Source: Heterodontus francisci (taxonomy: Eukaryota). Taken from it: 64,000 nt of DNA. The notes below the pieces were generated by a model. The model was not told the DNA's origin. It made no database searches and worked only from the letters and a program-made list of their open reading frames with translations. Location of the stretch: the NCBI RefSeq assembly GCF_036365525.1, contig NC_090390.1, positions 40,707,993 through 40,771,992 of the forward strand. The letters run 5' to 3'. Positions 1-14,600 of this stretch are shown here, in pieces; within the stretch, counting starts at the first letter, position 1; each line of letters begins with the position of its first letter. The translations under genes were made by a program, and so were the position numbers.

Positions 1-2681
1 CTAACAGGTACCACACTGGAGGACGAAATAATGGGGGCTTGTGAGAAAGACATGGTGATAATCATGGGTGATTTTAATCTACAGATAGATTGGATGAATC
101 AGATTGGCAAAGGTAGTCTGGAAGGTGAGTTCATGGAGTATTTTCAGAACAGTTTCTTAGAGCAGCACGTTCTACAGCCAACCAGACAGCAGATTACTCT
201 AGATCTGGTAATGTGTAACGAGACAGGATTAATTAATGACCTCATAGTAAAGACTAAGTAGCAGTGATCACATCATGATTGAATTTTGCATTCCGTTTGA
301 GGGTGAGAAGAGTGGATCTAAGACTAGTGTTTTAAACTTAAATAAGGATAATTATGAGGGTATGAAGACAGAGATGGCTAAAGTAAACCGGGACGTCAGT
401 TGAAGGGATAGGTCAGTAGAGATGCAGTGGCAGACATTTAAGGAGATATTTCATAACACTCAGCAAAGCTACATTCCAGTGAGAAAGAAAGACTCCAGGG
501 GAAAGACACAACATCCATGCCTAACTAAGAAAGTTAAAGATAGTATCAAATTGAAAGAAAAGGGTACAATTCTGCGAAGAGTGGTGGCAGGTCAGAAGAT
601 TGGACAAAATATAAAAAAAGCAAAGAATTATCAAAAAAATAATGAGAGAGAAATTAGAGTATGACAGAAAGCTGGCTAGAAATATAAAAATGGATAGTAA
701 GAGTTTCTACAGGTATTTAAAAAGGAAAAGAGTAAGTAAAGTGAGTGTTAGTCCTCTAGAGATTGAGTCCTGGGAGTTAATAATGGAAAATAAGGAAATG
801 GCGGAGGAACTAAACATATTTTTTGCATCTGTCTTCACTGCAGGGACTGCAAATAACATCCCAGAAGTAATTGTGAATCAAGAGTTGAAAGGGAGGGAGG
901 AACTTAAACCAATTGCCATCACCAGGGAAAGGGTACTGAAAAAATTATTGGAATTAAAAACTAACAAGTTCCCAAGTCCTGATGGACTTTATCCTATGGT
1001 CTTAAAAGAAGTAGCTGGTGAGATAATCGATGCATTGGTTTTAATTTTCCAAAATTCCCTAGATTCTGGACAGGTCCCATCAGATTGGAAAATAACAAAT
1101 GAAATTCCGCTAAACAAGAAAGGAAGAAGACAGAATGTAGGAAATTACAGGTCAGTTAGCTTAATATCTGTCATAGGGAAAATGCTGGAATCTATTATTA
1201 CGGAGGTTATAGCAGGTCATTTAGAAAATCTCAATGCAATCACACAGAGTCAACATGGTTTTGTGAAAGGAAAATCGTGTTTGACAAATTTATTAGAGTT
1301 CTTTGAGGAAGTAACAAGCAATGCGGACAAAGGGGAACCTGTGGATGTGGTGTATTTGGATTTCCAGAAGGCTTTGACAAGGTGCCACATCAAAGATAAC
1401 TTAACAAAATAAGAGCCTATGGTATAGGGATAACATATTAGCATGGATAAAGAATTAGTTAGCTAACAGGAAACAGAGAGTAGGCAGAAATGGGTCATTT
1501 TCAGATTGGCAAGCTGTAACCAGTGGAGTGCCACAGGGATCAGTGCTGGGGCCTCAACTTTTTATAATCTATATCAATGACTTGGATGAAGGGACAGAAT
1601 GTATGATTGCTAAATTTGCTGATGACACAAAGATAGGTAGGAGAGTAAGTTGTGAAGAGGACATAAGGAGTCTGCAAAGGGATATAGATGGATTAAGTGA
1701 GTGGGCAAAGATTTGGCAGATGGAGTATAATGTAGGAAAGTGTCAACTTGTCCACTTTGGCTGGAAGAATAGAAAAGCAATATATTATTTAAATGGAGAG
1801 AGATTGCAGAACTCTGAGATCCAGAGGGATCTGGGTGTCCAAGGACACGAAATACAAAAAGTTAGTATGCAGGTAACAGCAAGTGATTAAGAAGGCAAAT
1901 GCAATGTTGTTGTTTATTGCAAGGGGAATGAAATATAAAAGTATAGATGTTTTGCTACAGTTGTATAGGGCATTGGTGAGACCACATCTAAAGTATTGTG
2001 TACAGTTTTGGTCTCCTTACTTAAGAAAGGATATAATTGCATTAGAAACAGTTCAGAGAAGGTTCACTCAACTGATTCCTGGGATGAAAGGGATATCTTA
2101 TGAGGAAAGGTTGGACAGGTTGGGTTTGTATTCATTGAAGTTTAGAAGGATGAGAGGTGGTCTTATTGAAACATTTCAGATCCTGAGGCGACTTGACAGG
2201 GTGGATGTTGAAAGGATTTTTCTCCTTGTGGGAGAGATTAAAACTAGGGGGCACAGTTTAAAAATAAGGAATCTCCCATTTAAGACAGAGATAAGGAGAA
2301 AGTTTTTTTCTCAGGGTCTTGAGTCTGTGGAACTCTCTTCCCCGGAGAGAGGTTGAGGCAGGGTCACTGAATGTTTTTAAGGCCGAGGTAGACATATTCT
2401 TGACAAACAAGGGAGTCAAAGGGTATCAGTGATAGGCAGGAAATTGTAACCATAGAGCCATAGAAAAATTATGGCACAAAAGGAGGTCATTCAGCCCATC
2501 GTGTCTGCGCCGGTTGAAAATACTAGCCGCCCAATCTAATCCTACCTTCCAGCACCTGGTCCATTGCCTTGCAGGTTACAGTACTTCACGTGCACAAACA
2601 GATTAGTTATGATCTTATAGAATGGCGGAGCAGGCTTGAGGGGCTGAATAGCTAACTCCTGCTCCTAGTTCGTATGTATGT
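1..2681 (+). mobile_element. CR1 LINE, ORF2 (APE endonuclease + reverse transcriptase) through 3' UTR, decayed; runs off window start
   Basis: Frameshifted ORFs carry IIMGDFN (APE), GNYRSVSL, QHGFVKGKSCLTNLLEFFEEV, PQGSVLGP, FADDTK and RPHLKYCVQFWSPY; CR1-type 3' tail near 2670. A short antisense CR1 3' tail is nested at ~2450-2595. Confidence 0.95.
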
Positions 2682-2844
2682 AACTACTCTCTTCAGACTC
2701 TCAGCAGCTATCCACCTCACATGCTGCTGCCACTGAGGTTGCACTTCGTAGAAGCACCAGAATAGGCAAGAGCACTTATAGGATAGCCAATAAGACTAAG
2801 CACTAGGGTGAATAGTTTAATATTTTTCAATGTTGTTGGTTGTG

Positions 2845-3845
2845 TCATAGAATCATAGAATGTTTAAGGCACAGAAAGAGGCCACTTGGCCCATCATGTC
2901 TGTGCTGGCTGAAAAACGATCCACCTATTCTAATCCCACCTTCCTGCATTTGGTCCATAGCCCTGAAGATTACGGCACTTGAGGTGCATATCCAGACTCC
3001 TTTTGAATGAGTTGAGGGTTTCTGCTTCAACTACCTTTTCAGGCAGTGAGTTCCAGACCCACACCACCCTCTGGATGAAACAAAATTTCCTCAACTCCCC
3101 TCTAATTTTTCTACCAATCACTTTAAATCTATACTGTCCAATCACTGACCTCTCTGCTAAGGTGAATAGGCCCTTCAACTCCACTCTATCCAGGTCCCTC
3201 AAAATTTTGTACATTTCAATCAGATCACCCCTCAGCCTTCTCTGTTCCAATGAGAACAAGCCCCAGCCTATCCAATCTTTCCTCATAGCTGCATTTTGCC
3301 AGTCCGGGCAACATCCTTGTAAATCTCCCCTGTACCCTCTCTAGTGCAATTACATCATTTCTGTAATAAGGTGACCAGAACTGCACACAGTACTCAAGTT
3401 GTGGCCTAACCAATGAGTTATACAGTTTCAGCATAACCTCCCTGTTCTTATATTCTATACCTCGACTAATAAAGGAAAGAATTCCATATGCCTTCTTAAC
3501 CACCTTATCAACCTGTCCTGCTACCTTCAGGGATCTGTGGACATTCACTCCAAGGCCCGTCACTTCCTCTATACTTCTCAGTATTCTCCCATTAATCATG
3601 TATTCTTTGCCTTGTTTGACCTCCCCAAATACATCACCTCACACTTCTCCGGGTTGAATTCCATTTACCACTTTTCTGCCCATCTGACTAGACCATCAAT
3701 ATCTTCCTGCAGCCTACAGCTATCCTCCTCGCTATCTACCACACAGCCAATCTTTGTGTCGTCTGCAAACTTTTTGATCATGCCCCCTACATTTACGTCC
3801 AAATCGTTAATATATACCACAAAAAGCAGGGGACCCAGTACTGAG
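2845..3845 (-). mobile_element. 5'-truncated CR1 LINE (RT C-terminal half + 3' UTR)
   Basis: Minus ORFs with SVLGPLLFVVYINDLD, FADDTK, RPQLEYCVQFWSPYY; (ATTCTATG)n tail at the left end; very similar to 31730-32712. Confidence 0.95.
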
Positions 3846-6774
3846 CAATGGATGTAGTCATCCTGCAATTTGTTTTTGCTGTAGATAAAGAGTGATGATA
3901 TGAAACGAGTAGTGGTGAAATTGGTAGTCTTTTTTATTGTTTTCTACATGGGGAAGTGGTTGAAAGGATTGAGTGCAGATGGTAGACTTCTTGATAGATC
4001 CTCAGTCGTGCAAGGTAAGGCATATGACAACAGTGCTCTGAGGTCCAATGGTTGAGGATGTCTCTCAAAAGCAGTCTTCAATTAAATGGCGGCAAGCACC
4101 TTTCCCAGGTGTGGGACATCTACCTGGAACCCTCTGGTTCTCCCCTTGGTCCCCCTCCTCTTCCAGCTCCTCCTCTTCCTCTACTTGTGGATCCTGAGCT
4201 TAACCCTCTGGTACAATGGCTGGACATAATATCTGGTCTCTTACTCATGCCAGATTGTGAAACCTGCAGCAAGTCATCACAAAACTGGAGCCCTACTCAT
4301 CCTCCTGTCCCTCCTCTCCCTCTCTTCTCCATCAGCTAGTACTGCTTTGCCTGGTTTCATCTCCTCCTAATCCTGCTCCAGACCATGGGGACCCCTGGCA
4401 AGATCCCCATGATCAGGCATTCCCTTTCTGCTGCTGACTCCTGTGAGACCTCCAATAAGATAGAGAAGAACAGCACTCACTTTCTCTAAGTGATGCCCTC
4501 AGAGAACTTTCAGAATAAATGTTGATAAGAGTGTTGGTGAAGTTTTGACCAAGGTTCCCTCGAGTCTCCCAATGTGTATTAAAGTCCTTTTCAAACGCAA
4601 TGTAGTTAATCAATCTTTGGCAGCAACTGAAGAGTGAAAGCTGAGTGCGGCTTTAAGTAGCTCGAGACTCCTAGCATCGTCTTGTTTACTGCTGTTCAGC
4701 TGGTCACTTTTAAGAAAGGTCAGTAGTTGCAACACTAGCCAGCAAAATGGCATGCAGCCTCTTTAATGAATGATAAGAGCCATGTTTATTGGTCATCAGA
4801 GCCTTAATTATCCTCATGGCAGCCGTTCCTTGTGTGCACTTCAACTCCTTTACCAAGATGTGTTTTGTGCTGAAGGCAGGCTAACCAGGCATTGCAGCCA
4901 AAGACACCATCTTGGACACCTTGAAGGCTCCAGAGTACTTAAAGTGCCCAGGGAAAATCACCCCCACTGTATTGCAAAAAAAAATCACAAATACCAGGTT
5001 GCAGAGAATGTGCACATAACTGATAAAATTTTAACGTTGCATTTGCAACTACTATTTCTACAAACATATTAGGTATGTAATAGGAGCACACTTTGTACAA
5101 CAAAGTGTTTTCTTAAGTATGCTTTGCTCGTTTTTTTAAGTTTCTTTGTTACTAAATATAAAGTATTTTTGACTTATCACGCTCTCGACTTCTGGTAAAA
5201 TATGCAATTCAAAAACTGCTCAGAAACCTAAGAGTAGGTGATTTATGATATTTAACAGATTTCAGATTTCTTCATGTTGAGAAATATTATTGAGAGTTTC
5301 ATTACATAATCTGCAGCTTTTCTTGTAATGCTTGTACATGGGTTTTGTGCCTCAGGACATTGATTTAATGGATAATGCTTATGCTATTACTTGGCATTGA
5401 AATTACATGCTGCAATAATGACATTTCAGAGAGACATGTACTCCTGTGAATAGCACATAATATATTATCTGTGATTTATTATGAAGCTGTAACGAGGTAC
5501 AGATGAATTCATTGTATTTTATAACAGTTGGGAAAATGTGTCTGCCATTGTACATTTTATACGAATATCAAATTATGAAATCTTGATACATTTAATAGAA
5601 AATCTTTATCGTCATTGTAAATTCTCCATTTTCCTGCACAATAATATGACACCTTCAGTAATAACCTGCATATTGAAGAAGAAAGCAAATTAGTGTTTCA
5701 TAAGAGTAGATTGTTATTTTGCTTGGGGATCTCCTAATTGGGCTATTTATTCCAAATTGCAATGAGAAATTAACCTCTCCAATTGCAGATTATTTAATTT
5801 GTTGATTAGACATGAATTAAGAGATCCCCGCAACTTTGATGCACAGTGACCGATGTCAGAAAATTTATTGTTTATAGCCTGACACTAATCATTAACCTAT
5901 AAAAGCATGCAATTTACAAAGTGGTCGCTTTATAATGTGCTTTCCCATACATAACTTCATAAAATGCTCCAAGGCTAATAAAACAAAGGAAATTTCCTTT
6001 CAACCTCAGATACCGTTTGAAAGTTTGCAAAATATAATGCCACATCCATGTCTTGAAAACTTGCCTCATGTCTGACACCTGTAGTGCTCAGAGCAGCCCA
6101 ATTTTTGTTTATAAAAGGCATTAGGCCCCATATTAGCATATTCCAGGGCATTCTGTTTTAGGAGGCTGCCCTGGATAATTGAAACAGTGTCCCGAAAAAA
6201 TTTTGTTTGCAGTATCTAGTTGGCTTATACATCTGCAGAACTGGCAACCTATGAACAACTGGTAACTTGATATATACCAGTAGAGTTTTAAAAAAATCTA
6301 AACATATGCCAAGAGCATTAACCACATAATAGCAAACTACTTTAATTTCTTGGTGCCTTTCAAATTTGCTGTGATGTGTCTCAAAGCATTTATGTTGGCC
6401 TTACCTATTCAGTTTGTGCAGCTGCTTTTTGCCTGGTGCCAGAGCTTTGCTACGCATTTTGAGCATGATCATATGTTACATTACATCAGGACTCAAGCCA
6501 CCATATGGAAGATGCTTTAAGATTTTTATCAATTTTTTAAAAAAGTTCATTTTTTCACCTTTATTTTGTAAAGCTTCTCCTTATTGATGATTTTATTTCC
6601 TTTGGCATTGCAGCATCAATTAGAGATGTACTATGAGGAAGGTGTGTTTGTACTCTTATTTACTTAGCATCTGCACTTTGTGAGAAAGATGCAAAGAGAA
6701 TGTGTGTGCAAAAGAGTAGGAGGACATATGTGGATGTGTGTATACAAATGAGGCAGCGAGAGTGAATGGCAGCT

Positions 6775-8228
6775 GAGCTTCGGTGGCGAGCCGGGAAAAG
6801 GGCGGTGTTCCCATGCATCATGTGTGCAGCTGTGCTGCCACAATATGTGGTGGGTGGCCATTTGACATAATGGTGATGCCAGTCACCCCCCCTCCTCCCC
6901 CCCCATCATGTGGTGGGGGTGGGAGGCAAGACGCCGATTATGCCATCAGCTGACAGCAGATCAGGTGCTGGCGCCATCTTTAAAAGCCTGCCAGCCCTGC
7001 AATCACTCCTGCCTTGTAATCAATAGAAGGTCTGTTTACTGCACAGTCATAGAAACATTTACGGCACAGAAGGAGGCCATCGGCCCGTTGAGTCCATGCT
7101 GACTCTCCACGGAGCTATGCTGTCAGTCCTACTGCCTAGCTCGATCTCCTGTAGCCCTGCAAGTCTATTTCTCTCAGGTGGCCATCCAATTTCCTCTTGA
7201 AGTCATTGATTCTGCTTCCACCACCCTTGTGGACAGCGACTTCCAGGTCATTACCACCCGCTGCAAAAAAAGTGCTTCCTCATATTCCCCCTGCATCTTT
7301 TGCCCAAAACCTTCGATCTGTGTCCTTTAGTCCTTGTACCATTTGTTAATGGGAACAGTTTTTCTTTGTCTAACTGGGCATAAAAATTCACAGCACTGTT
7401 TCCTGCACCACCTAACCCCCCTGGGAAGAGTGGACAGGATGGCAGTGGGTAGACCAACGCCAGCCCCACACTTCAGTGGTGCCTCCCTGCAGATTCTCCT
7501 CCAGGCTGCACGGGAAAGGCAGGAGGTTCTCTGCCCCAGTGATGGAAGAAAAGATCCTCCCACCTGACCAAGCAAGCCTGGATAGAGATTGCAGAGAAGG
7601 TCAGCAGCCTTGGAGTGATCGGACGCTACTAGGTCCAGTACAGGACGTGGGTCAATGAACTCCTGCATTCAGCCAAGGTCAGTGCTATGTTCCAATGCTC
7701 TTTTCTGAGGTTTGCATTTCACTACAACACTGCCAGTGTGATGATAGAGAGGTTATAACCTGCTCATGACAGATGCATGGCTGCATCTGGAACACAAGCC
7801 ACCCTTGTTCATAGCCCACCCTCAGTAAATCCCATGACAGCAAGTGTCATCCTGAGATATATCAGATCCCCCAATTGGGGATGAGGGGGCCCACAGTAGC
7901 AGAACTGTCATGGTGATACAGGGTGCCCAATCAGGAGGGCCACCGCAGTCTGCAAGGAGGCCGCCAGATTTAACTGGCTGGCCTCCTTAGCTGGCAAAGT
8001 GCCTGGCCACCGCTGGTTATATACCAGCGCCGGCTGGAGGAGGCCCTTTAGTGTCAATTAATGGGCCACTTAAGGGTCTCAATTGGTCTGGGGCGGGCTG
8101 GCCGTTTGCACTTCCCCTGCTGCTGGTTAAATGGTAGCGGGGGTGGGTAGGTGATAGGAACAGCACCCCCCCCACCCCACCACCCACCCCCTCAACCACC
8201 AGCCCATTCCCGGCATACAATTCCGGCC
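6775..8228 (+). mobile_element. PIF/Harbinger relic with Myb/SANT-like gene fragment (~7425-7690), interrupted by a CR1 tail
   Basis: PAPHFSGASLQILLQAARERQEVLCP...WIEIAEKVS resembles the Myb/SANT-like partner protein of Harbinger transposons; GC-rich subterminal sequence ends in a TIR-like AAATTCCGGCC. Boundaries approximate. Confidence 0.6.
7047..7375 (-). mobile_element. CR1 3' end fragment
   Basis: Minus frame DKEKLFPL..TRTKGH..VLGKRCRGNMRKHFF plus CR1 3' UTR hairpin and tail. Confidence 0.85.
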
Positions 8229-9574
8229 AGAGAGTGCATGTAAGGGACAGAGACTGTACAGGTGCAAAATGGACTGGGAAGAAAGGAGAGAGAAGAGGCT
8301 GTGGTGTTGGCTGATAAGTATAATTTGATTTTTTTTTCTAGTTGCACAGAAGTATGATTGTAATCTTCAAAAGATTAATTAGCTGTGAAGCATCACTTCT
8401 TGATTTTTACATTTCTATTGATTTTGTTTAGTGGATAAAGGATGAACAGTTGCTAATAGAAAATAAAATCTACTGCAAACTAAACACTGCTAAAGGAGGC
8501 AACGGTCAAACATTTTGCAGCTGTTGTCTGTTTCTCATAAGCCTCGAATTTCTATAACATTGAATCATTACTGTTTCAGCTTTGTGTGTATAGCAATTTC
8601 AGTGTTATCTCCTTGATCATTTCTGAGAAATGGAAGGTTTGTTGTGTAACTAAGATAGGCTGGAGAAGAAGTTGCATACTGTGCACACATGATTTCACAA
8701 AGTTATTAAATATTGTTCTTAGCAAACAAATATTCTTGCACCATTTTGAAACAATTACTGTTCACAATTCCAGTCCTAATAAGGTATTTTTACTATTTTT
8801 TAAGGTATAGTTTTCTTTGACCAAATTTCTTGCTTCATTAACAATGTTGCATTTGTATTTATTATATATATATATACATACATTAATTATGAAGTGATTG
8901 TTACATTTCTTTTAACTTGTCATTCTATAAATAGTCCAACACAATAATGTGAGTCAGTGTGACAGTAATGTGATGATTATCACAGTTTATAAAAATGTAA
9001 CAGCCATGAGACAGCCTTATTAATTTGGAAGGTAGATGTGTTCTGATAACTCTTATGAAATGCTCTAATGATGATTCCCTTATCCAGTCCTAGCCACACA
9101 ATGAGCTGTTTCTTTTGGCTTGTCTCTGCTGGAGCCACGTACTATATAGCATTTTAGCTCTAACAAGTCTGTACTTCAAAATTGATGGACAATTCAACAA
9201 AAGATGTACCTTTGAAATCGATGCTAATATGTAGCAATAGTTTTCAACTTGGGGCTGTCCTCTGGTGATCCACAGAGACCCTAAAACCTTTTCTGATATT
9301 CACAAAAAAGTCCTGATTGTTGCAGGCAACTGAAGTTTTCAGCAGAGAGTATGGTGAAAATACAATTTGTTTTTTGTTTTGTTGTCCACTTATGCTGATT
9401 GCATTAGGATGTGTGGAAATGCTTCTCGAGACAATCCTTGTTTAAAAAAAAGTTAGTCAGCTTCTCCAGCCTCAGCGTTCTCAGATCCAACCCTAACTTT
9501 TTCCTGAACATGATAATTTTTTTCTACATTACCTTGATAATTGTGAAAACACTTAATATAGTATTAAAAATACA

Positions 9575-9935
9575 AACATACAAACATACGAATTAGGAGC
9601 AGGAGCAGGCCACTCAGCCCCTCGAGCCTGCTCTGCCATTCAACAAGATCATGGCTAATCTGATTGTAACCTCAACTCCACATTCCCGCCTACCCCAATA
9701 ACCTTTCCGCCCCCTGCTTATCCAGAATCTATCTACATCTGCCTTTAAAATATTCAAAGACTCTGCTTCCACCACCTTTTGTGGAAGAGATTTCCAAAGA
9801 CTCATGACCCTCAGAGAAAAAATTTCTCCTCATCTCTGTCTTAAATGGGCGACCCCTTATTTTTAAACAATGACCCCTAGTTCTAGATTTTCCCACAAGG
9901 AGAAACATCCTTTACGCATCCACCCTGTCAAGACT
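9575..9935 (-). mobile_element. CR1 3' end fragment
   Basis: SLWKSLPQKVVEAESLNILKADVDRF and typical 3' UTR; same subfamily as the 3' end of 1-2681. Confidence 0.9.
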
Positions 9936-10359
9936 ATTTTAAATATTTGTAAAGATTATATAATACTAGTCTATCTCCTGTGCACACAGGTTGTTATGAC
10001 CCAGTGTAGTCTTCAAATGAAGTGAGATTAGAAGTCAAGGAATAATTGGGTCAGGGTATGCAGACATAATTCACCCTTATTTTAGAGACATTTGTACAGT
10101 CTTTATTTTTATATATATATTTATTTGATATTTATATTTGCCTGGATTTTGCATTAAGAATAACGTTGAGGCTAACACACTTGCAGCTATGATGGAGTAA
10201 ATCAGACAACAACTTCCAGAGTCCCACATGCACAGCTAAATGCAGGAAGCTAGAAGTTGTTGTATGATTTGCCCTGTTCTTCTTACAGAAGCTCCACTTC
10301 ACCAGCATCTTGCTGATCAAATCAGCATTGAAATCCATGTAAGGAGGCGAAGTTATGGT

Positions 10360-10492
10360 ACATAGAAAAATTTACAATAGAAAGAGGCCATTCAGCCCAT
10401 TGTGACTGTGTCGGCTGAAAAAGAGCTATCCAGCCTAACCCCACTTTCCAGCTCTTGGTCCATAGCCCTGCAAGTTACGACGCTTCAGGTGA
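10360..10492 (-). mobile_element. short CR1 3' UTR fragment
   Basis: GAGGCCATTCAGCCCAT...CCCACTTTCCAGC motif shared with the CR1 3' ends at 2450, 2845 and 29170. Confidence 0.75.
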
Positions 10493-10966
10493 AGGGTGAG
10501 AGTAACAAGTGAGCTCTCATCTGCCACCTCCATTCATTCAGATAGCTATTACAGATCCTGTTGCATTATTCAAACTTTATTCATCTTGGTCAGCATTCTA
10601 CCTTCAAACACCAACAGTAAAACAAATTTCAATTGATCATTTATCTCAGTTCTCATTTTCTGGGAAACATTTCAGGATGATTTTGAGATGCAATGAAAAG
10701 GCCACTTACCCACTAGTTAAGCACTAAACATGGCAAAAAAAGTTAGGGCTGGTGTATTCAGGTATAAATTTATAATGGTGTGATAAGTCTTAACACTTGC
10801 GAAGCAACCTCTCTGGCCCTGAAAATGTAGTTTTACAGATATGGACTCTTATTCCTTCACAATTTAATTATTGTTGGAGATATAAAAATAATTATTTTTG
10901 TAACTTTTTCTTTCTGTCTCTTTTATCTCTTTCTCTTAATCCCATTCTTCTTTCCTACTCTTATTT

Positions 10967-11460
10967 TACATACGGCACAGAAATAGGCCATTCGGCCCAA
11001 CCAGTCCATGCCGGCGTTTATGCACCACTGAAGCCTCCTCCCATCTTTCCTCATCTAAATATATCATCATAACCTGTCTCTCATCTCCCTCATATGCTTG
11101 TCTAGCAGTCCTCTACGTGTGGTCGAACTAAGTTTTGATACAGGTTTTAGCAGAAATAAAGCCTAGTGCTTGGTTTGCTGTTGTTACGGCCTTGCTAACC
11201 TGTGGTGCAACCTTTAGTGATTGGTGTATTTGTACTCCGAGATCCTTTTGTTCTTCTACCCCACCTAGACTCGCACCTTCCAAGTAATAAGTGACCTAAC
11301 TATTCTTCCTACCAAAATGTACTACCTCACATTTATCTGTGCTAAACTTTGTTTGCCAATTATTTGGCCATTCTGCAAGTTTATTAATGTCCTCCTGTAA
11401 TTTGTTGCAGTCCTCAGTTTTGACTATCCCTCCCAATTTGGTTTCATCTGCAAATTTAGA
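10967..11460 (-). mobile_element. decayed, internally deleted CR1 fragment
   Basis: CR1 3' UTR (GGCCATTCGGCCC) followed by RT region remnants (TCATCTGCAAATTT = KFADE). Confidence 0.7.
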
Positions 11461-11645
11461 AAATCAAATTTAGAAATTTCGCTTTCTATACTCGATTTTA
11501 CAATGAATTCAACACTCTATACTTCCTGGTTTCTAGACTACAGGGGCTAACTTGAATAGCCATCAAGAATAAGGCCTGCTCCTTTCAATGACTGCTTCTT
11601 TCAGCCAGCACTAACTGCACTGTTCATTGGCTGCACAAATTGTCA

Positions 11646-14600
11646 TGTTGAAAATGTGATTCCATTGCCTTGACCGGTCTGGAGGGGCTGTTCAGTACAT
11701 GCCACAGAGGGTGTCACAAATAATCGTTGTCTGCTGTGCCTTGCACGACCTTGCAATTAGACACGGCAACATTCTGCAGGCAGAGGAACAGGAGGAACAC
11801 CAGTCCTCCTCAGAAGAGGATGACTATAAAGAGGGTGAGGAGGAGGACAACAATGACAACAATGCCTTCATCGAAATGTGGGCCATGGAGGGACATGCAA
11901 GGGGCATCAGGGAGATACTCATTTATGCATATTTCAGGCAACAATAAGCCACGTCCTCAAGGAACATTGGGAGGAGAAACATAACAATTCCCCACAGAAA
12001 TTCCCTTTTGCATGAGGTCTTATTCATCCCTGCAATCTTAACGAAGTGTGGCTGCATGATTGGCATTTGAAATCATCTATGGGCTACAATGAATGCAACT
12101 ACACACCACCGTAAGCAGCGTTAAATTATGACCATAGAAAACAAACATAAGGCATGACAGTATTGGAAAAGGTTATTAATCATCAATAGGAGAACAGCCA
12201 TCATTGAAGAGTCAAGGCTCAAATTCCAATGAAATTTGGACACTGGACATTTCCTGAGATGCTCTGCAAGCATCATTACACTCCTTCCATAGGCCTCCAA
12301 AAAAATCTTTGTATCCATCTGTAACCAAGCAAAACATTACCGAAAGTGGATCAAATTTTGCATGAAATAGATATGTTTTAATACATGGTGTACATGGACT
12401 TTCAAAAGACTTTTGATACAGTGGCACACAACAGACTTGTGAGCAAACTTGTAGCTCATGGAATAAAAGAGACGGTAGCAACATGGATACGAAATTGGTT
12501 GAGTGACAGGAAACAAAATGTAGTGATTAATGGATGTTTTTTGGGCTGGGGGAAGGTTTGTAGTGGAGTTCCCCAGGGATCAATGTTGGACCCTTGCTTT
12601 TTCCGATATATATTAATGACCTAGACCTTGGTGTACAGGACATAATTTCAAAGTTTGCAGAAGATACAAAACTTGGAAGCATTGTGAACTGTGAGGAGGA
12701 TAGTGTAGAACTTCAAAAGGACATAGACAAGTTGATGGAATGGGCAGACAGGTGACAGATGAAGTTCAATGCAGAGAAATGTGAGGTGATTCATTTTGGT
12801 AGGAAGAACATGGAGAGACAATATAGAATAAAGGGCACAATTCTAAAGGGGGTGAAGGGGCAGAGGGACCTATGTGTATATGTACATAAGTCATTGAAGG
12901 TGGCTGGACAGGTTGACAGCACAGTTAATAAAGCATACAGTATCCTGGGCTTTATTAATAGGGGCATGGAGTACAAGAGCAAGGAAGTTTTGTTGAACTT
13001 GTATAAGATACTAATTTGGCCTCAGCTGGAGTATTGCGTCCAATTCTGGGCGCCGCACTTTAGGAAGGATGTGAGAGCATTGGAAAGAGTACAGAAAAGA
13101 TTCACGAGAATGGTTCCAGGGATGAGGAATTTCAATTATGAATATAGATTGGAGAAGTTAGGACTGTTTTCCTTGGAGAAGAGAAGGCTGAGAGGTGATT
13201 TGATAGAGGTATTCAAAATCATGAGGGGTCTGGACAGAGTAGATAGAGAAAAACTGTTCCCACTCGTGAAAGGATCGAGGCGAGAGGGCACAGATTTAAA
13301 GTATTTGGTAAGAGAAGCAAAAGTGACATGAGGAAAATCTTTTTCATACAGCGAGTGGTTAAGGTCTGGAATGCACTGCCTGAGAACGTGGTGGAGGGAG
13401 GGTCAATTGAAACATTCAAAAGGGAATTAGACTGTTATAGGAAAAGGAAGAATGTGCAGGGTTATGAGGAGAAGACAGGGGAATGGAACTGAGGGAACTG
13501 ATCTTTCAGAGAGCCAGTGCAGATACGATGGGCCGAATGGCCTCCTTCTGCACTGTAACGATGCTGTGATCTTTGCAATCATGACAATTTGTACAGCACG
13601 CGTGCCACTTTCATGATCAAAACAGTTTCAATTTCCTTTTTCTCCCACTATGTCTAGGTGCTACCCGACATTAGCAGCTATGGTGGAGGCAGTCTGCTCA
13701 GTGCGCTGCCCCATTGCAATGGATGACCGTGGCAGGCATCCTCTGGAGGAATGGGGACTTGATGGCTCCATCCTACTGGGGGTCTGCAGCAATGGTGCTT
13801 GAGTATCCCCCGTGTGCTCGCCTACTGGAGGTAAGGAGACCGATGTCAGGGGGGAGGCCGAGATGCCACTTACCTTGGCGCTACCCTGAGAGGAAGGCCC
13901 CGGGGTAGCTGGCATGTGCTCCTCCTCCATCTATGTGTACGGTGGCACCTGCCTGTCTCCCTGTGGGGAAGGAGCAACTGGAAGGAGATCCAGGTTCCTT
14001 GTACCCCTCTCACTTAGACTCTGTTGCATGGAGCCAACGGCAACAGCGATGGAGTGCAGGTCAGATTGCATATAGCTCGAGTGTGCTGCCAAACTCTCGA
14101 CTGAGGAAGCCATATGCTCAAATGCCTGGGACATGGCAGACATCATGGCTTGTATGGAATCCTCCATGGCACACATAAAGCCACGCATGACCTCAGGCAT
14201 CTCCGACACATTTTCCACATGGCTTTGCTGCACATCCAGCAGACTTCTCATAGCTACAAACATCATGTGCGTGAGGCTGAGCAGGAGTCTGGTCCCCAGC
14301 AGTCCTCCGATTGTCAGGGGTCCCAGCTGGCACATGCTCCCTCAGCTGCAGGGATGTGTCTGTGTCGTGCACAACAGCTTGTGACCCAGATTCTATTCTT
14401 AAACCCCCCGCGGACCATGTGGATGTATCTGCGCTGGCGGAGGTGTAAGAGTCAGGTGACAGTGTACCCGCTGGGGCATTGGCTTCTTCTTCCTCCCCAG
14501 AGGAGGATTCTTGGGCCACATGCCGTTCTGTGATTCGAGTGTGGGCACCTGCAGTGGGGACACAAACAGAGGCACTTTAAGCATGTGCTTCACATGAGTT

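Noticed and set aside
5842-5870. CACAGTG heptamer as a V(D)J recombination signal (also at 25599)
   Set aside because: No ACAAAAACC-like nonamer at 12 or 23 bp spacing.
6413-6490. Frame containing FATH as DNTT penultimate exon
   Set aside because: Lacks FERDLRR and LDNH motifs; similarity is incidental.
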